Assembly (NCBI GenBank): GCA_951406725.2
Contig: OX597833.1
Location: forward strand, 38,192,001-38,256,000
DNA from: Octopus vulgaris
Taxonomy: Eukaryota
Length of the DNA: 64,000 nt
Direction: 5' to 3'
Shown: piece by piece, positions 1 to 13,018 of the stretch
How the letters are laid out: each line of letters begins with the position of its first letter
Numbering within the stretch: position 1 is the first letter of the stretch
Made by a program: the position numbers and the translations under genes
The notes under the pieces: generated by a model
The model's database searches: none
Seen by the model: the letters and a program-made list of their open reading frames with translations, nothing else
What the model was told of the DNA's origin: nothing

Positions 1-231
1 GCTGTTATGGCTTTGGTTTAGTTTTTTTCTGTTTTATTGAAAATATTTGAAGTAATATGTGTACAATACCTAGAGTAGTGCTATTTTCTGTTGTTTATAT
101 TTATGTCCTGGGAGTTTTAGTTATGTTCTGCATGTTTTTTTAATCAATTCAATGACACCTATTATTATAGGGATTGTTTCTGTTATCAAAATCCTTACTT
201 TCTGGTTATCCCTATTTTCAGATGCATCTCT

Positions 232-618
232 GTATCTTCTTACTTGTTTCAATCATTAGACTGCGACCATGTTGGGGCACTGCCTTGAAGAATTTTTAGT
301 TGAATGAATTGACTCCAATACTTAATGTTTGTTAAGCTTGGTACTTATTCTATTGGTCTCTTTTGCCAAACCTCTAAGTGATGGAGATGTAAACACACCA
401 ACACCAGTCGTTAAGTGGTAGTTGGGGAGAAACACACACACACATATATATGTATGATGGGCTTCTTTCAGTTTCCATCTACCAGATCTGCCCACAAGGC
501 TTTGGTTGGCCTGAGGCTATAGCAGAAGACACTTGCCAAAGGTGCCACACACTAGGATTGAACCCAGAGCCATGTGGTTGGGAAGCAAGCTTTTTACCTC
601 ACAGCCACACCTGTGCCT
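232..618 (-). mobile_element. tRNA-derived SINE, family A (diverged copy)
   Basis: Reverse complement of the 47281-47680 element (head tggctgtg..gtaa, cttggcaagtgtcttct, tail ..gattgaaacaagtaa). Confidence 0.85.
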
Positions 619-1227
619 ATTATTTATATTTGATTTATATCTTTGAGCGATACATTTTCATCTGTTGGGACTGCTGTTTTAATTCAGAGGTTTTTCTTTT
701 CCTGTCCTTGACAACAATGCCTGATAGATTAGACTTGATCCTTCTATTTCTTTGGATTGGTCACTTGATATTTTTCTGAGCTTTTTTCTAGTGTATGTTT
801 ATGTTACCACTCTTTCTTGTTGGTGCATCACAACTGGCATAATTTCCTGTGCCAGGTGATGAGAGGCTAAAATGTGACAAAGCAACAGAAACAGGTGTGT
901 TGTTGTAGAGGAAATACATGCTTACCCAGTCAAAGAGAGAGAGTGAGTGAAGGATCAAGAATGGAAGAGAGAGTGGAAGAGAGCGAGAGGATGAGAGTGC
1001 AAAAGATGTGTTATATAAAGGGTGATGAGGATTGTCAGTATGTTCTTTCAATAATCAAACCATTCCACTTTTGCTAGTCTCCAAGCACCCTTTTTCACTC
1101 AACTTGAAAACATCAACAATTCACTTTTGCATCTTTGCTTTACCTGGAATATTAGATGAAACAGAAGACTCACTCTTCACCATCATAACATTTTTATTTT
1201 ATTTTATTTTTTGTTTTCTATTTTCAG

Positions 1228-1417
1228 ATATTACAACAGTATGTTTGATCTTGGAGAACTAATTGGTGTGGATTATATTCCGGGTGGTGATGTAGAGAAC
1301 CTTACACTTTCAAAACAAGTCCTCCTCTTGACTAACATATCTACAGTTTTGGCACAGACACTCTTTGAATTAGGTACTGGTCAAAAGGGATCTCATATAA
1401 AAGCAAACAGTTCTATA
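1228..1417 (+). CDS. NCSTN: Nicastrin internal coding exon (first in window; ectodomain)
   Basis: Acceptor ttttcag|A and donor ATA|gtaagt. Encodes (x)YYNSMFDLGELIGVDYIPGGDVENLTLSKQVLLLTNISTVLAQTLFELGTGQKGSHIKANSSI, which aligns with recalled human nicastrin KYYQSIYDTAENINVSYP...LADVATVLGRALYELAGG...VQADPQT. Enters phase 2, exits phase 0. Upstream exons lie outside the window. Confidence 0.93.
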
Positions 1418-1635
1418 GTAAGTTATTTGAAATATCACAATTTTTTGAAGTGGTTTTTTTCTTTTTTAAGTGGGTGGTAGGTACATAGACATTTTATGAG
1501 TGAGTAACCTGGGTTTATCAAAGTTTGGCTTGTCATGCAAGCAGGACTAAAGTGGATTGATTGATTGACTTTTACTGATCAGGGACCTTTGGTTAATGAG
1601 TAAATGTACTCACATTGATCTCATTGTATCAGATC

Positions 1636-1853
1636 TACAAGAGGGTGCTGAAAAGTTACTGGCTTTAAGAGTATTGCAAAAGGCCTGGTTGGAAGCCCAA
1701 TCTTCCCAGTTCCTTTACAGGGCTTAGAAAAACTGAAGGACTGCTGCAATAAGAGTGTGAGTCTGGGAGGGGAATATATTGAATAAAATCATAATTAACT
1801 GATCTTTTATTTCCTTTTACCCAGAGCCAGGAATATCCCAGCACCTCCTTGTA
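1636..1853 (+). mobile_element. Mariner-derived MITE
   Basis: TA-flanked TIRs tacaagagggtgctgaaaagttactggc / gccaggaatatcccagcacctccttgta. The interior retains a transposase C-terminus (GLEKLKDCCNKSVSLGGEYIE*). Sister copy at 33172-33678. Confidence 0.8.
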
Positions 1854-2701
1854 CATTATCTTGGAAAGATATTCAGGGGTAACTTGTATTATCTGAGCTC
1901 CCACATTAGGATATTTGAGTTAAATGTTTCAAGGTAATGAAATGGTTATAATATATCCGGTGGTTTTGTTTAGATTGGTGACTTCTCAATGACATCTGTT
2001 TTCAGCTAGGTGAACTGGGCTTTTGGGAGCTGGATATCATTTGTGAGAGAATATTGCAGCACTAGTGATTGAGTATGAATTTAATCTCCTTACTGCCAGT
2101 TGGGTAACACCCTGTTGATGCAACCATCACATTCTTTTACATCTCACTCTGTCACATTAGAAATAATAGCCAAATTCACTGTTGAATTGCACTTTACTAT
2201 CTTAAAAAAAGTTCACATTGAATGATAATGTAGTCCTAGATATTCTGTCTGAATAAAGAACTGGATGACTATAATAGAAAGGCTTATTACTGGATGGTCT
2301 CAATGAGAATGTCTCTGATCATAAGTCTACTTGATCAGGTTGACATGGCACTAAACAACATTTCATTTGCAGTAATAAGGTAAAAGAGAGAAAATAAGAA
2401 GTTATTGACATCTAAAGGATAAAACAGTTTTTGACAGTATGATGTATTATCCAAAGGATAATAGTTGCTATTTCTAGCAGATCAATTGACTCTCTTATTA
2501 ACTTGCAAATCTTAATTCTTTTCTGATTTGGTAGATGCAATGTACTTTGCCTAAAAAGGACTGAACCCAGATGTAATAGCAGGATTGCTCCTTATATCCA
2601 AGGGGCCAGTAGTGTTAAACCTACATTATTTTAATGTTATATATATATCTTTGTCAATGGAAGATGAGTTATATAATTTCAATGTCCTTTGTTTGTGACA
2701 G

Positions 2702-2789
2702 GTTGCTGAATTATTGTATTGTTACATCCGGAACAGTAGCTGCTCTATATTCCACTCAGTCATAACAAGTGATTATGTCAAAAGTTTTG
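2702..2789 (+). CDS. NCSTN: Nicastrin coding exon (ectodomain)
   Basis: Acceptor tgtgacag|GTT and donor G|gtaagt. 88 nt, phase 0 to 1. Encodes VAELLYCYIRNSSCSIFHSVITSDYVKSF vs human [29 protein letters not shown]. Not present in the ORF track. Confidence 0.92.
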
Positions 2790-3990
2790 GTAAGTATCTT
2801 GTAAAATTTGTATTTCTTTATTCTCTCCTCCCTACTCTCTGCTGTAAGACCATCTCCCCAAAACACTAGTCCTTACTTCAAAAGCACAACATTAGATCCT
2901 CCTCCTCATCATCTTCCCTACTTCCTATGCCACCCTCCCACTTTCCTTCCATCCCCTCCCCTCTTCCTCATTGACATCATCATCATCATAATATGTATTT
3001 TATGTCCATATTACCATGCTAATATGAGTTGGATGGGTTTTCTCCAGTTCAGTGTTTTGCTACATGTTGCATCTCCTTGTTATCTCTTCCATGAAATTTA
3101 GCAACCCGAGGTCAGTTTTCACCATTTCTTTCCTCATCTGTTCTGCAAGAGGGTTTCTTTCCGCTTGGATTTCTTGATCCTTCTTCACCCAGCTGTCACC
3201 CTTAGTGCACATCTCATGTCTGTTCTCTATCAGCACTGATACAGAACAGTTTCCGATCTGCTTCTTGCTGATCCAGACAATCATTGGTTTATCATTTCTA
3301 GTAATTAGCCTTGTGGTAAAAAGCTTGCTTCCCAACTACATGGTTTCAAGTTCAGTCCTACTGCCTGGCACCTTGGGCAAGTGTTTTTTTTCTGCCAAAA
3401 CACTGGGCCAACCAGAAACTGAAAGAAGTCTGTTGTATTTATATGTGTATGTGTGTTATTGTTTCCTTGACTGTGTGCAATAGATGTAAAACAAGTGTGA
3501 CCATCATGCTAGGAGTGTCCTTTGTTTATAATCTTCTATGAAAATATGTTTGGTCAAAGGGAAATATTTCCCTAATTGGAAACAGGTTCATGACAGGATG
3601 GGCATCCTGCCATAGAAAGCTTGCCTCAACAAGTTCCATATGACTGATGCAAGAATGGAACAGTGAACGTTAAAATGATGATGATGATGATGTCCCCTGA
3701 AAATTTGTTTATGGGTGATTATAAAGTGCTGGCCAAATTGATGAGGTTTTTTTAACACAGTCTTCCAACTAAAAAGTCAGTTATTCATATCCTATTATTG
3801 TTACCTTATGCCTGACAACAGCAACATCATGTAGAGAGATATAATTCACTGCTGTAATAAAAAAATATTGCATAAGTGATGAGTGTTATTGATTAGCTCT
3901 AGATCACACTCTGATTGAATATACCTACAATTAAATGCAGTCCTTCCATGACCATCTTATCACTTATTTTCAAATATAATGCATCTAGAA

Positions 3991-4192
3991 TTAACCTATT
4001 AGCATTCCGATCACTCTGTTGTTTTGAATTAATCATGCGTTATCTTGTAGCTTTGAGATTTCAATGATATGAGTGTTTATTTTTAGAATGACATTGTAGG
4101 ACAGGTGTGAGAAGCCAGATCTGGCCAGTTTGAACAGAAAACAAATTGAATATTTGGGCTGGGTACAGCCGATATAAATACTAAAGGGTTAA
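3991..4192. mobile_element. piggyBac-like MITE (TTAA-flanked, CCCTTTAGCATT-type TIR)
   Basis: ttaa-cctattagcatt ... aatactaaaggg-ttaa. Same family at 11961-12177, 36508-36723 and 38871-39095, with partial copies near 25830-26000, 45933-46080 and 59020-59076. Confidence 0.8.
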
Positions 4193-4954
4193 ATCATCCA
4201 ATGTGTCCTTTTTTTAAAGATCATAGTATGTGCTTTGATGGGGATTTTTATGCTGCTTCCTTCAAGGCAAATGACTATGTTAGCTTGTCTTGTAGAAGGT
4301 AAAGGGAGATCATTGCAGTGTATTCTCACTTCAATTATTACAACATAGCTAATGGTCTTAGGAGATCAGTTTCGAATTCTACAAACTAACTGTAATTAAA
4401 ATAGAAAAATAAAATGAAGGAAATTATTAAACAGGAATAAAAGTAATTTTCTTAGCAGGTAAGAAGACAGGATTCAACTACCAGCTGGGAAGGGAATGTG
4501 CTCAATACCCAGATAAAAGAGTAGGAAGGAATTTCATTCTATCTATGCAATGTAAATTGTGCACAAAAGGTAGAGTAACAGACAAGCCAACAAAGAATAT
4601 AATAGGTGCACATGAGTAGTTATGGTAAGAACACCTTTGTATCCTAAAGGTTCCTTAAAAGTACATGGCAGCTTCTATTACCTATGTAGCCTAATCAGAA
4701 GTGGAGATGAGCATTCTGAAAGCAAGTAGCTAGAATAATGGTTTATGAAACATTTTTTTTTAAATAGTTGATATGCTTCAATACAGGCTTAGCTTTGGGA
4801 AAATATTATCTTGTTTGGGAATAGGTGGCAACAGAGTAAGAATTTGGCCATAGAAAATCTGCCTCAACAAATTTTGTCTAACCCATGGAAGCAAGAAGTG
4901 GATGTAAAATGATGATGATAGTCCAAGGAAAATGGAAATTTTTTTATATATACA

Positions 4955-5340
4955 TAGGTGCAGGTATGGCTGTGTGGTAAGAAGCTTTCTTCCCAACCTC
5001 ATGTTTTGGAGTTCAGTACCACTGCTTGACACCTTGGGCAAGTGTCTTCTACTATAGCCTTGGGTTGACCAAAACCTTGTGAGTGGATTTGATAGATGGA
5101 AACTGAAAGAAATCCCTTGTATATATGTATCTATATGTGTGTGTCTGTTTGACAACCAGTGCTGGTATGTTTACCTCCTTGTAACTTAGTGGTTTGGCAA
5201 AAGAGAGTGATAGAATAAGTACCAGGCTCTTTTTTGAAAAAAAACATAAGTACTGGGGTTAATACATTTAACTAAAAATTCTTCAAGGCAGTTCCTCAGT
5301 ATGGCTGCAGTCTAATGATTGAAACATATAACATAAAAGA
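4955..5340 (+). mobile_element. tRNA-derived SINE, family A
   Basis: A-box-like tggctgtgtgg, B-box-like gagttcagtacc, caccttgggcaagtgtcttctactatagcc core, internal (TA/TG)n, shared tail. Confidence 0.85.
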
Positions 5341-6049
5341 TTGGTTGTTGCTGAGAGCCAAGTTCTGTGATCAACAACATTCTATTCTTGCCCATCCTTA
5401 CTTTCTTTTCTTTTTTTTTTTGTCTGATATAGTTTAATCTAATACATTATCTAATGTGCTTCCACTTTTAATAAGATGGTAGAATATAATTTGAGAGGCA
5501 TTTGGCTGCTATTTCTACCAGATAGAGAATCTGTGTAGAGATTTGTTGGCATAGGTTAGATAGGAAATATGGACAACTAGAAGACTTATTTATTTTTCAA
5601 GGTATTTTTATGTTACTGATCTTCACAGGACATATTTGCTTAGCTACAGGATCATCATTATCATCATCTGTTTTCCATGCTGGCATGAATTCGACGTTTT
5701 GACAGGAGCTAGCCAACTGGGGAGCTGTCCAGACTCCTAATTGTCTATTGTGGCATGGTTTATATGGCTGGATGCCCTTCCTAACACCAATCACTCTACA
5801 GAGTATGCTGGGTGCTTTTTTCATGCCACTGGTATATGTGCATTTATGCAGCACTGGCATGACTGCATTTTTATGTGGTACCAGCACCTGTAAAGTACAA
5901 GCTTGTATGTATGGATGCCAGTGATTTTACTTGGCTTGACATGTCTTCTCAAGTACAGCAAATTGCCACAACTTCCGATCCCTTGAAAATATCACTGTTT
6001 TGCTGAAATTGTGTTGGTATGAAGACATTCGGGAACACACATACACAAT

Positions 6050-6289
6050 TTATTTCTTATTTATTTACTGCCCACAAGGGGCTACACACAGGGGATAAAC
6101 AAGGACAGACAAATGGATTAAGTCGATTATATCGACTCCAGTGGGTAACTGGTACTTATTTAATCAGTCTCGAAAGGATGAAAGGCAAAGTTGACCTTGG
6201 TGGAATTTGAACTCAGAACGTAGCGGCAGACGAAATACCGCTAAGTATTTCGCCCAGCGTGCCAACGTTTCTGCCAGCTCGCCGCCTTA
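6050..6289 (-). mobile_element. SINE family B (Nin-domain-like core), young copy
   Basis: Reverse strand reads aaggcggcgagctggcagaaacgtt...ttctgagttcaaattcc...gcctttcatcctttcgag. CpG-rich. Closely similar copies at 16236-16466 and 25170-25390. Confidence 0.85.
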
Positions 6290-7236
6290 CACACACACAC
6301 AATTTATTTCTGTCTACCAGATTTTGCTCTTGAGACATTGCTAAGACTGAGACTATAGTAGAATGCAATAATTGTTCATGGTGCCATATAGTAAAATTGA
6401 GCCCAAGGTCACATGCTTACGAAGCAAACTTTGTAACCACACAGCAATATCTGTGCCTATTGCATTACAAAAAATTGTAGTTTTTAAATACAAACTGTAA
6501 AAAGGCATATATTCTTCTCTGCAATAGAATTTCAAGTGGTTTTATATAATCCACTCTCTTCTAGGCACAAGCCTTGAAGTTTTGGGGGAGATGGCTAGTT
6601 GATTACATTGACCCCAACTGATTCTTACCTTATTAACTCTGAAAGGATGCTAGGCAAAACAAGCAGCTGAGGAATTTGAACTCAGAATATAAAGCTAGGA
6701 GAAATGCCACTAAACATTTTTGTCTGGCATGCTAATGATGCTGCCAGTTTATCACCTACATGGTTTTATGTAATGCAATATACAGAGCTCTCGTAAAGCA
6801 ACATCCTTGGGTGTTTGAGTTATCTATCTTCCAGCAAGTGTTATGCTGAAAGTCGTCCTCCTCTTCATCATCATTATTGACGTTCATCATTGACAAGACC
6901 AAAGAAGTTCAAAATTACGTGATCTGGTGGTCTTGCTGCCGGAGATGGTGGAAATTTATCTCCCTGCTAGCGATATAAACAAGAGTACATTTTGCACCAA
7001 AAGCCAATAAGAAAGTTTCTCTCATGGTATCTACTACAGCATAGTTTGTTCTAACAGAACATCCGCATTAAAGTGGAAGTGGGGCTAAATATTAACTGTC
7101 GGTATTAATACTGCCTTTGTTGCTAATATATACTGAACAAAGTCTCTCTACTTGCCAAGCTCTTAATTATCTGCCCTTGGACATAACTTTATCCTCCCCA
7201 CTTTTCCTTCTTGTGTTTCCCATGAACAGCTTACAG

Positions 7237-7531
7237 CAATGGCTCTCAATAGGGTCCATATGATCGTTGGAGTCCATGCTAGCAAAATAGTAAATTGGGG
7301 ATCTACAGTAGTATTTTAAGGGTCTATGAAAAGTTTTGATTTAAATGTATGTATTGCAAGAAACAGCTGGGTCTCTCTAACATTTTACATTGTTCAATCT
7401 ATACAAGTGAATGTATGGATAACATAATGGGAATCTTGAAAGAAATATCTATAAAATTAGCTTTTAAACATCCACCAGAATAACATAGTAAACAAAGGGG
7501 TCCATAGGTAAAAAATGTTTGGGAACCACTG
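7237..7531. mobile_element. hAT-like MITE (degenerate)
   Basis: Ends caatggctctcaa ... ttgggaaccactg resemble the CAGTGGTTC(C/T)CAA TIRs of 33272-33543 and 50749-51044. Confidence 0.55.
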
Positions 7532-7534
7532 GTT

Positions 7535-8010
7535 TCATCATCATCATCATCATTTAACATCTGTTTTCTATACTGGCATGGGTTGGACGGTTTGGCTGGG
7601 GACTGGCAGGCCAGGAGGCTGCACCAGGCTCCAATCTGATCTGGTAATGTTTGTACAGCTAGATGCCCTTCCTAACACCAACCACTGCGAGAGTGTAGTG
7701 GGTGCTTTTTATGTGCCATTAGCATGGGTGCCAGTCAGGCAGCACTGGCATCAGCCACGTTTGGATAGTGTTTCTACAGCTAGATGCCCTTCCTAACACC
7801 AACCACTCCGAGAGTGTTGTGGGTGCTTTTTACATGCTACCGGCACAGGGGCCAGTCGGACTGGGGGTGTGTCGACTAACACGAATGGTGCTTATTGCGT
7901 GTCACTTGCATGAGAGCCAGTCAGGCGGCACTGGCATTGGTCACAACTGCAATTTCCATTTGTAATTTTGATTTTACTTGACCCAATAGGTCTCCTCAAG
8001 CATGGTGTGT
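7535..8010 (-). mobile_element. 3' end of RTE-clade LINE (family C, 5'-truncated), with an internal duplication
   Basis: (CAT)n tail plus gatgcccttcctaacaccaaccact present twice. The segment at 7900-8010 matches the 3' region of the RTE at 28290-29691. Other copies near 5650-5985, 20948-21335, 29707-29900, 32480-32757, 49060-49433, 57610-57755 and 63160-63790. Confidence 0.75.
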
Positions 8011-9055
8011 CACCAGTCTAATGCTTAGGGTGTAGGACTCATGATCATAAAGTTGTGGTTCTCATTCCTGGACAGGTAGTACATTGTATCTTTGAGCAAA
8101 GTTCATTATTTCATATTGTCCGAGTCTAATCATCTGAAATGGAATATCATCTGGATTCTAGTGCAGCTCTCTCTTCCACCAGTTTTAAAATTCTGGATGT
8201 CTGCTGAGTTAAAAGGGTGGTGGGGTGTGAGGGCAAGAGGGTATCAGTGTCTGATTGCAAATACATCTTGTTATCTTTTATCTTGTTTTACTCATTAGAC
8301 AGTGGCCATGCTGGGGCATTGCCTTGAGGAATTTTAGCTGAACTTACCAACCAACCCCCCATCACTTATTTCTTTTATTTTTTTAAGCTCAGTACTTATT
8401 CTATCAATCTCTTTTCCTGAACTACTATGTTATGGGGACATAAGCACACTAACACCAGTTGTCAAGCAGTGGTGAGACATATACATATGCATGGCAGGCT
8501 CCTTTCAGTTTCCATCTACCAAATCCATTCACAAAGCTTTGGTTGGCCCGAGGTTATAGTAGAAGACACTTGCCCAATGTGCACGCAGTGAGAATGAACC
8601 TGGAACCATGTGGTTGGAAAACAAACTTCTTCCCACACAGCCATGCCTAAGCACCTAAAATAATTAGTGAAAACTTGGCACATGCCACCAAATTAACCTC
8701 CTTGTTAGTGATAGCTGGCTTTTTTTTTATTATTCATTTACTAGTTTCAGTCACTGGGACAGTGGCCATGCTGGTGCACTGATACTAATTTCAGTTGCTT
8801 TCTAATTTGTGGGGGGAAAAAAAACAAAAACAAAATTACATTTTATTGATCTATGTAAATGGATAAAGCTTTTCACACCCATGCCTCAGCTATCAATTAT
8901 AATTTCATGGAGAAAATTAATATAGGTTTTGAAGAAATTAAGAATTTTTGATGTATCACATTGTTCTGATCAAAAATATTACTATTTGCTCTTCTTTTTT
9001 TTTTAAATTTGTGTTTTGTTTCTTTCTTTATTTTTTCTTATGTTGGGTCGAACAG

Positions 9056-9201
9056 AGAAGTTCCCAGAAATGAATTTATACACTGGTGTCAGGGGCAACA
9101 CCAGTCCACTTACATTGATTACAGAAAAGTTACTTGCCTATTTCCTAGGAGACAAGCTCAATGTTACAGACAGGAAATCATGTACAAAACAGTCCAATGG
9201 G
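9056..9201 (+). CDS. NCSTN: Nicastrin coding exon (ectodomain)
   Basis: Polypyrimidine tract then aacag|AG, donor GGG|gtaagt. Phase 1 to 0, matching its neighbours. Encodes EKFPEMNLYTGVRGNTSPLTLITEKLLAYFLGDKLNVTDRKSCTKQSNG vs human [37 protein letters not shown]. Confidence 0.9.
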
Positions 9202-11960
9202 GTAAGTTTTAGTGTAAATATACATATGGTTCAAATGCACCCCCCCCCCAGATAGTTGAAGGTACACAACAAGCAAGGTATATTAGTTTGATGCTTGGGA
9301 AAAATGGAAAAGTCTTTGATGTTTCAAGCCTATGCTCTTCAACAGAAAAGGACGAGGAAAAAAAAATGGAGAAAGAGAAAAAAAGACTAAAAAAAAATGT
9401 CAAGTTTAATGGTTCCATATATATAAATTACACTGTGAAACAAAATTTTAATTTTTTTCATCTATGGTTAGTAAGTGTTATTTCCTATTTGCTTCTATCT
9501 TCAAATCAAATGACTACCATTCCCTTCAAACTTTGCTTTTGTGATCAGGACATCAATTTTTGAAACTGACCTATTTTCCATTACATTTCAGACAGATTCA
9601 GCACTAAGTTGCTGAAGCAGAAATATCATTACAGCAAATATTCTGCTCAATATCAGAGACTTGCTTGTCAGTTACTTGACATTAACCACTTGAGCATGTC
9701 CTTTAGTGGTTGACATGAGCAGGAGTAGTGGGTGGGGGGTAGCATAGCCAAGTGCTGAGAGGGATTCTTTGGGATTTGAATAAATGTAACAAAAGCAAAG
9801 TTTGAAGGAAATATTAGCTATTTGTCATACTTAATAGGGAAATAACAGTTGCTACCCAAGAACAAAATTGTGTTACATAATGTTGTCATATAGGTATTTA
9901 CAACCAAATTCTATTCTGACCAACCTTCTGTAAGTCAGTAAGAACATAACTTATAAGATCTAAGCATATTTGACTTTATTCTTATTTTGGTGTCAGTGTG
10001 GTGCTATATCATATTCCTTATGGATATGTATTGTACTTTGTCAGAATTCTATTTTATCTTTTTAATACATTATTGTATATAGTTAATATCTTGCAATGTT
10101 TTTCTCTGATTTTCAGTGTATGAAGTTTTTAAAATGACTGAACAGTCCAATTTTTGTTTGAAAATTTTCTTTGTAGTCATTTTGTATTCATTTCTTCAGT
10201 CTTGAAAATACTTGAAGCCTTAGCATGAATTGTTGGTAGATTTAGTGGCACCCATTATTTACTTCAATCTGTTCTGCCACCTAGAATTTCAACAATCTCT
10301 CCATTTTATGGATAGATATTTGTTGCTTCTTTGTCTTTACCATCAACCAAACCTTTTTGCTGCAACATACTCAGACATCTCAAAGACATCATCATTTTTG
10401 AAAAATTTTATTTTGAGAAACAAAATAATGTCCTTTGAAACATTCAGATATTTAATCTAGTTTTAAGTAGGCATGCTTTGTGCACAATATATTAACAAAT
10501 TTGAATCACAAAGTTGTGTCTACATAAATAGAATGGTATATTGAAGGCTGTCTACTTATTTTTGAGATATCTGTGTACATTATTTCATTACTCTTAACGA
10601 TAATAGAGATTGTTGAATGCTACAACTGCAGATTATATGCAATAGCATTTACATTTTTTTTATCTTCATGTTGGTTAATTATTTTCATTTCAACTTTCAA
10701 ATCTATTTCCTCTGTTTCTTACCTGATGTGTTGCTAGATGGAAAAATCTTGCATTTTCATAATGTCTTTCAGGTGTGGTCAGTCCATAGAAGCTAAGTGA
10801 GACACTTGCTATATGACTCAGATCAGATCAGATCAGATATCATGGGGCATGATATACTGAAGTATAACTGATGCTAAGAGATACTATGCTGCTGCTGCTC
10901 AGAGATACTGACTCTTGTACAGCATACAGGAATGTATAGATTATTTATTGTAGAGATAATCATACTGTGGGTGCTGATGAGTCACAGAGTATCTGTATAT
11001 ATAACATGGGAAACAAAAATATTTTACAGCCAATATTAACCCTTTCATGATGGGCATATTTTTTATTAACATGTGGCTATGTGGTAAGAAGTTTGCTTCC
11101 TAACTACATGGTTCCGAGTTCAGACCCACTGTGTGGCTCCTTGGACAAGTGTTGTCTACTATCGCCTTGGGCTGACCAAAGCCTTGTGAGTAGATTTGGT
11201 AGATGGAAACTGAAAGAAGCCTGGCATATATACACACAAGTGTGTGTGTGTTTTTGTTTGTTCCCCACACCACTTGGCAACCGGTGTTGGTGTGTTTGTG
11301 TCCCTGAAACTTAGCAGTTTAGCAAAAGAGACTTATAGAATAAGTATTGGGCTTTAAAAAAAATGTACTGGGGTTGATTCATTCAACTAAAAAGGTGATG
11401 GAAAGCTTTAATTTATGGATGAACATTTTAAAACAATTAGTTACATATCATAGAATTAGAGACTGTCTCAGGTAAAAGTTCAATGACAAATCTAAATTAC
11501 TCCGAGTTGATTTGCTGTGGGAAGTGACAAATCTAATGTTTCAATTACTTGATCATTTTCAGAGAGAGAATGTAGAGACGTTAATACCTGAGTTGCAAAA
11601 TTATGAATGAGAAATGAAAGAAGGGGTAGATACATGTAGGAAGGGAGAGGGAGAAACGCATCATGTGAGTAGTGTGGGAGCTGCATAATGTAGGAGAAAA
11701 TTAAAGCATGAGGATTTGGTGGTCAACAATTGTAGCAGATCAGTTGAGATAGCGGATGTCAGGTGATGAGAATTAAGAGATAAGTGGGGAAACAGGGCAA
11801 AGTGGAGCAATGAACAAAATGATATATACGTACACACACACACACAAACAATAAGATAGCAAACATACAAACAAATTGGGTGGGGAGGGGAAAAGGGGAG
11901 TGAGCTAGTAGCAAACACTGAAGAACTGAGATATGAAGAAAGTTAAGAGAATTATGAACT

Positions 11961-12177
11961 ATAATTCTTTAGCATTCAGATTACATGATCAAATGTAATG
12001 CTTATTTATTCACAGGCAATATCTTGTAGCTCTGAGATTTTGATGGTGTGATAATTTATTTTTAGAATGACATTGTGGGGTAGGTGTGAGAGGCCAGACG
12101 TGGCCAGTTTGAACATAAAACAGGTAGGATAAAACAATATGGGCTGGATATGGCTGGTTTAAATGCTAAAGGGTTAA
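11961..12177. mobile_element. piggyBac-like MITE
   Basis: ctttagcattcag ... aaatgctaaaggg-ttaa; same interior as 3991-4192. Confidence 0.8.
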
Positions 12178-12596
12178 GCAGTTGTTAGAATTTTAAAGGA
12201 GAAATATGTCTAGAAAAGTGTAGTAGATGATAGAGAGGTTGGAAGGAGGAGAAAGAAAGAGTTGAGAGATAATGAAAGTAGAAAGGTAAACAAGTACATT
12301 AACTGCAAGAGCTACATGCATGCCAGTATATAGTATAGTAATGGGGAAGCCCATAGGACTTACTGAATGGCATGCCTATGAGAGATTATGTTGAATTTTT
12401 CTAGTAGTGCTGCCTACCCGATCAGCCATGTCCCATGTACCCTGCTTCTTAAAAAAGGTATAGTGTGTACAGTTGCATGTGCAATGAATGTACAAACTGT
12501 AGTCAGTAAATGTGGATGTAAAGCCATATACACACATAGATACAAGACAGTGCAAACAAATATAGGTCAAAGATAATAAAAATAGGGTAAGCAAGT

Positions 12597-12985
12597 ATAG
12601 GTGCAAGTGTGGCTGTATGGTAGGAAGCTTGGTTCCCAAGTATATAGTTCTAGGTTCAGTCCTACTGCATGGCACCTTGGGCAAGTGTCTTCTACTATCG
12701 TTGCAGGCCAATGAAAGCCTTGTGAGTGTATTTGGTAGACAGAAACTGAAAACCTGTTGTATGTGTGTGTGTCTTTGTGTCTGTGTTTGTTCCCCACCAC
12801 TGCTTGACAACTGGTGTTGGTGTGTTTATGTCCCCCGTAACTTTGCAGTTTGGCAAAAGATATCGATAAAATAAGTACCAAACTTAACAAAAAAGGAAGT
12901 ACTAGGGTCAAGTCATTCAACTAAAAATTCTTTCAGGCAATGGCCCAGTATGGTCACAATCTAGTGACTGAAACAAATAAATTGT
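12597..12985 (+). mobile_element. tRNA-derived SINE, family A
   Basis: Full head-core-tail match to 47281-47680. Confidence 0.85.
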
Positions 12986-13018
12986 AAAAAGTACACTTAT
13001 CTACAAGAACTGCATGTA

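Noticed and set aside
6780-7120. CpG-containing segment that looked coding
   Set aside because: No open frame with splice sites. At most a very decayed Tc1/mariner fragment on the minus strand.
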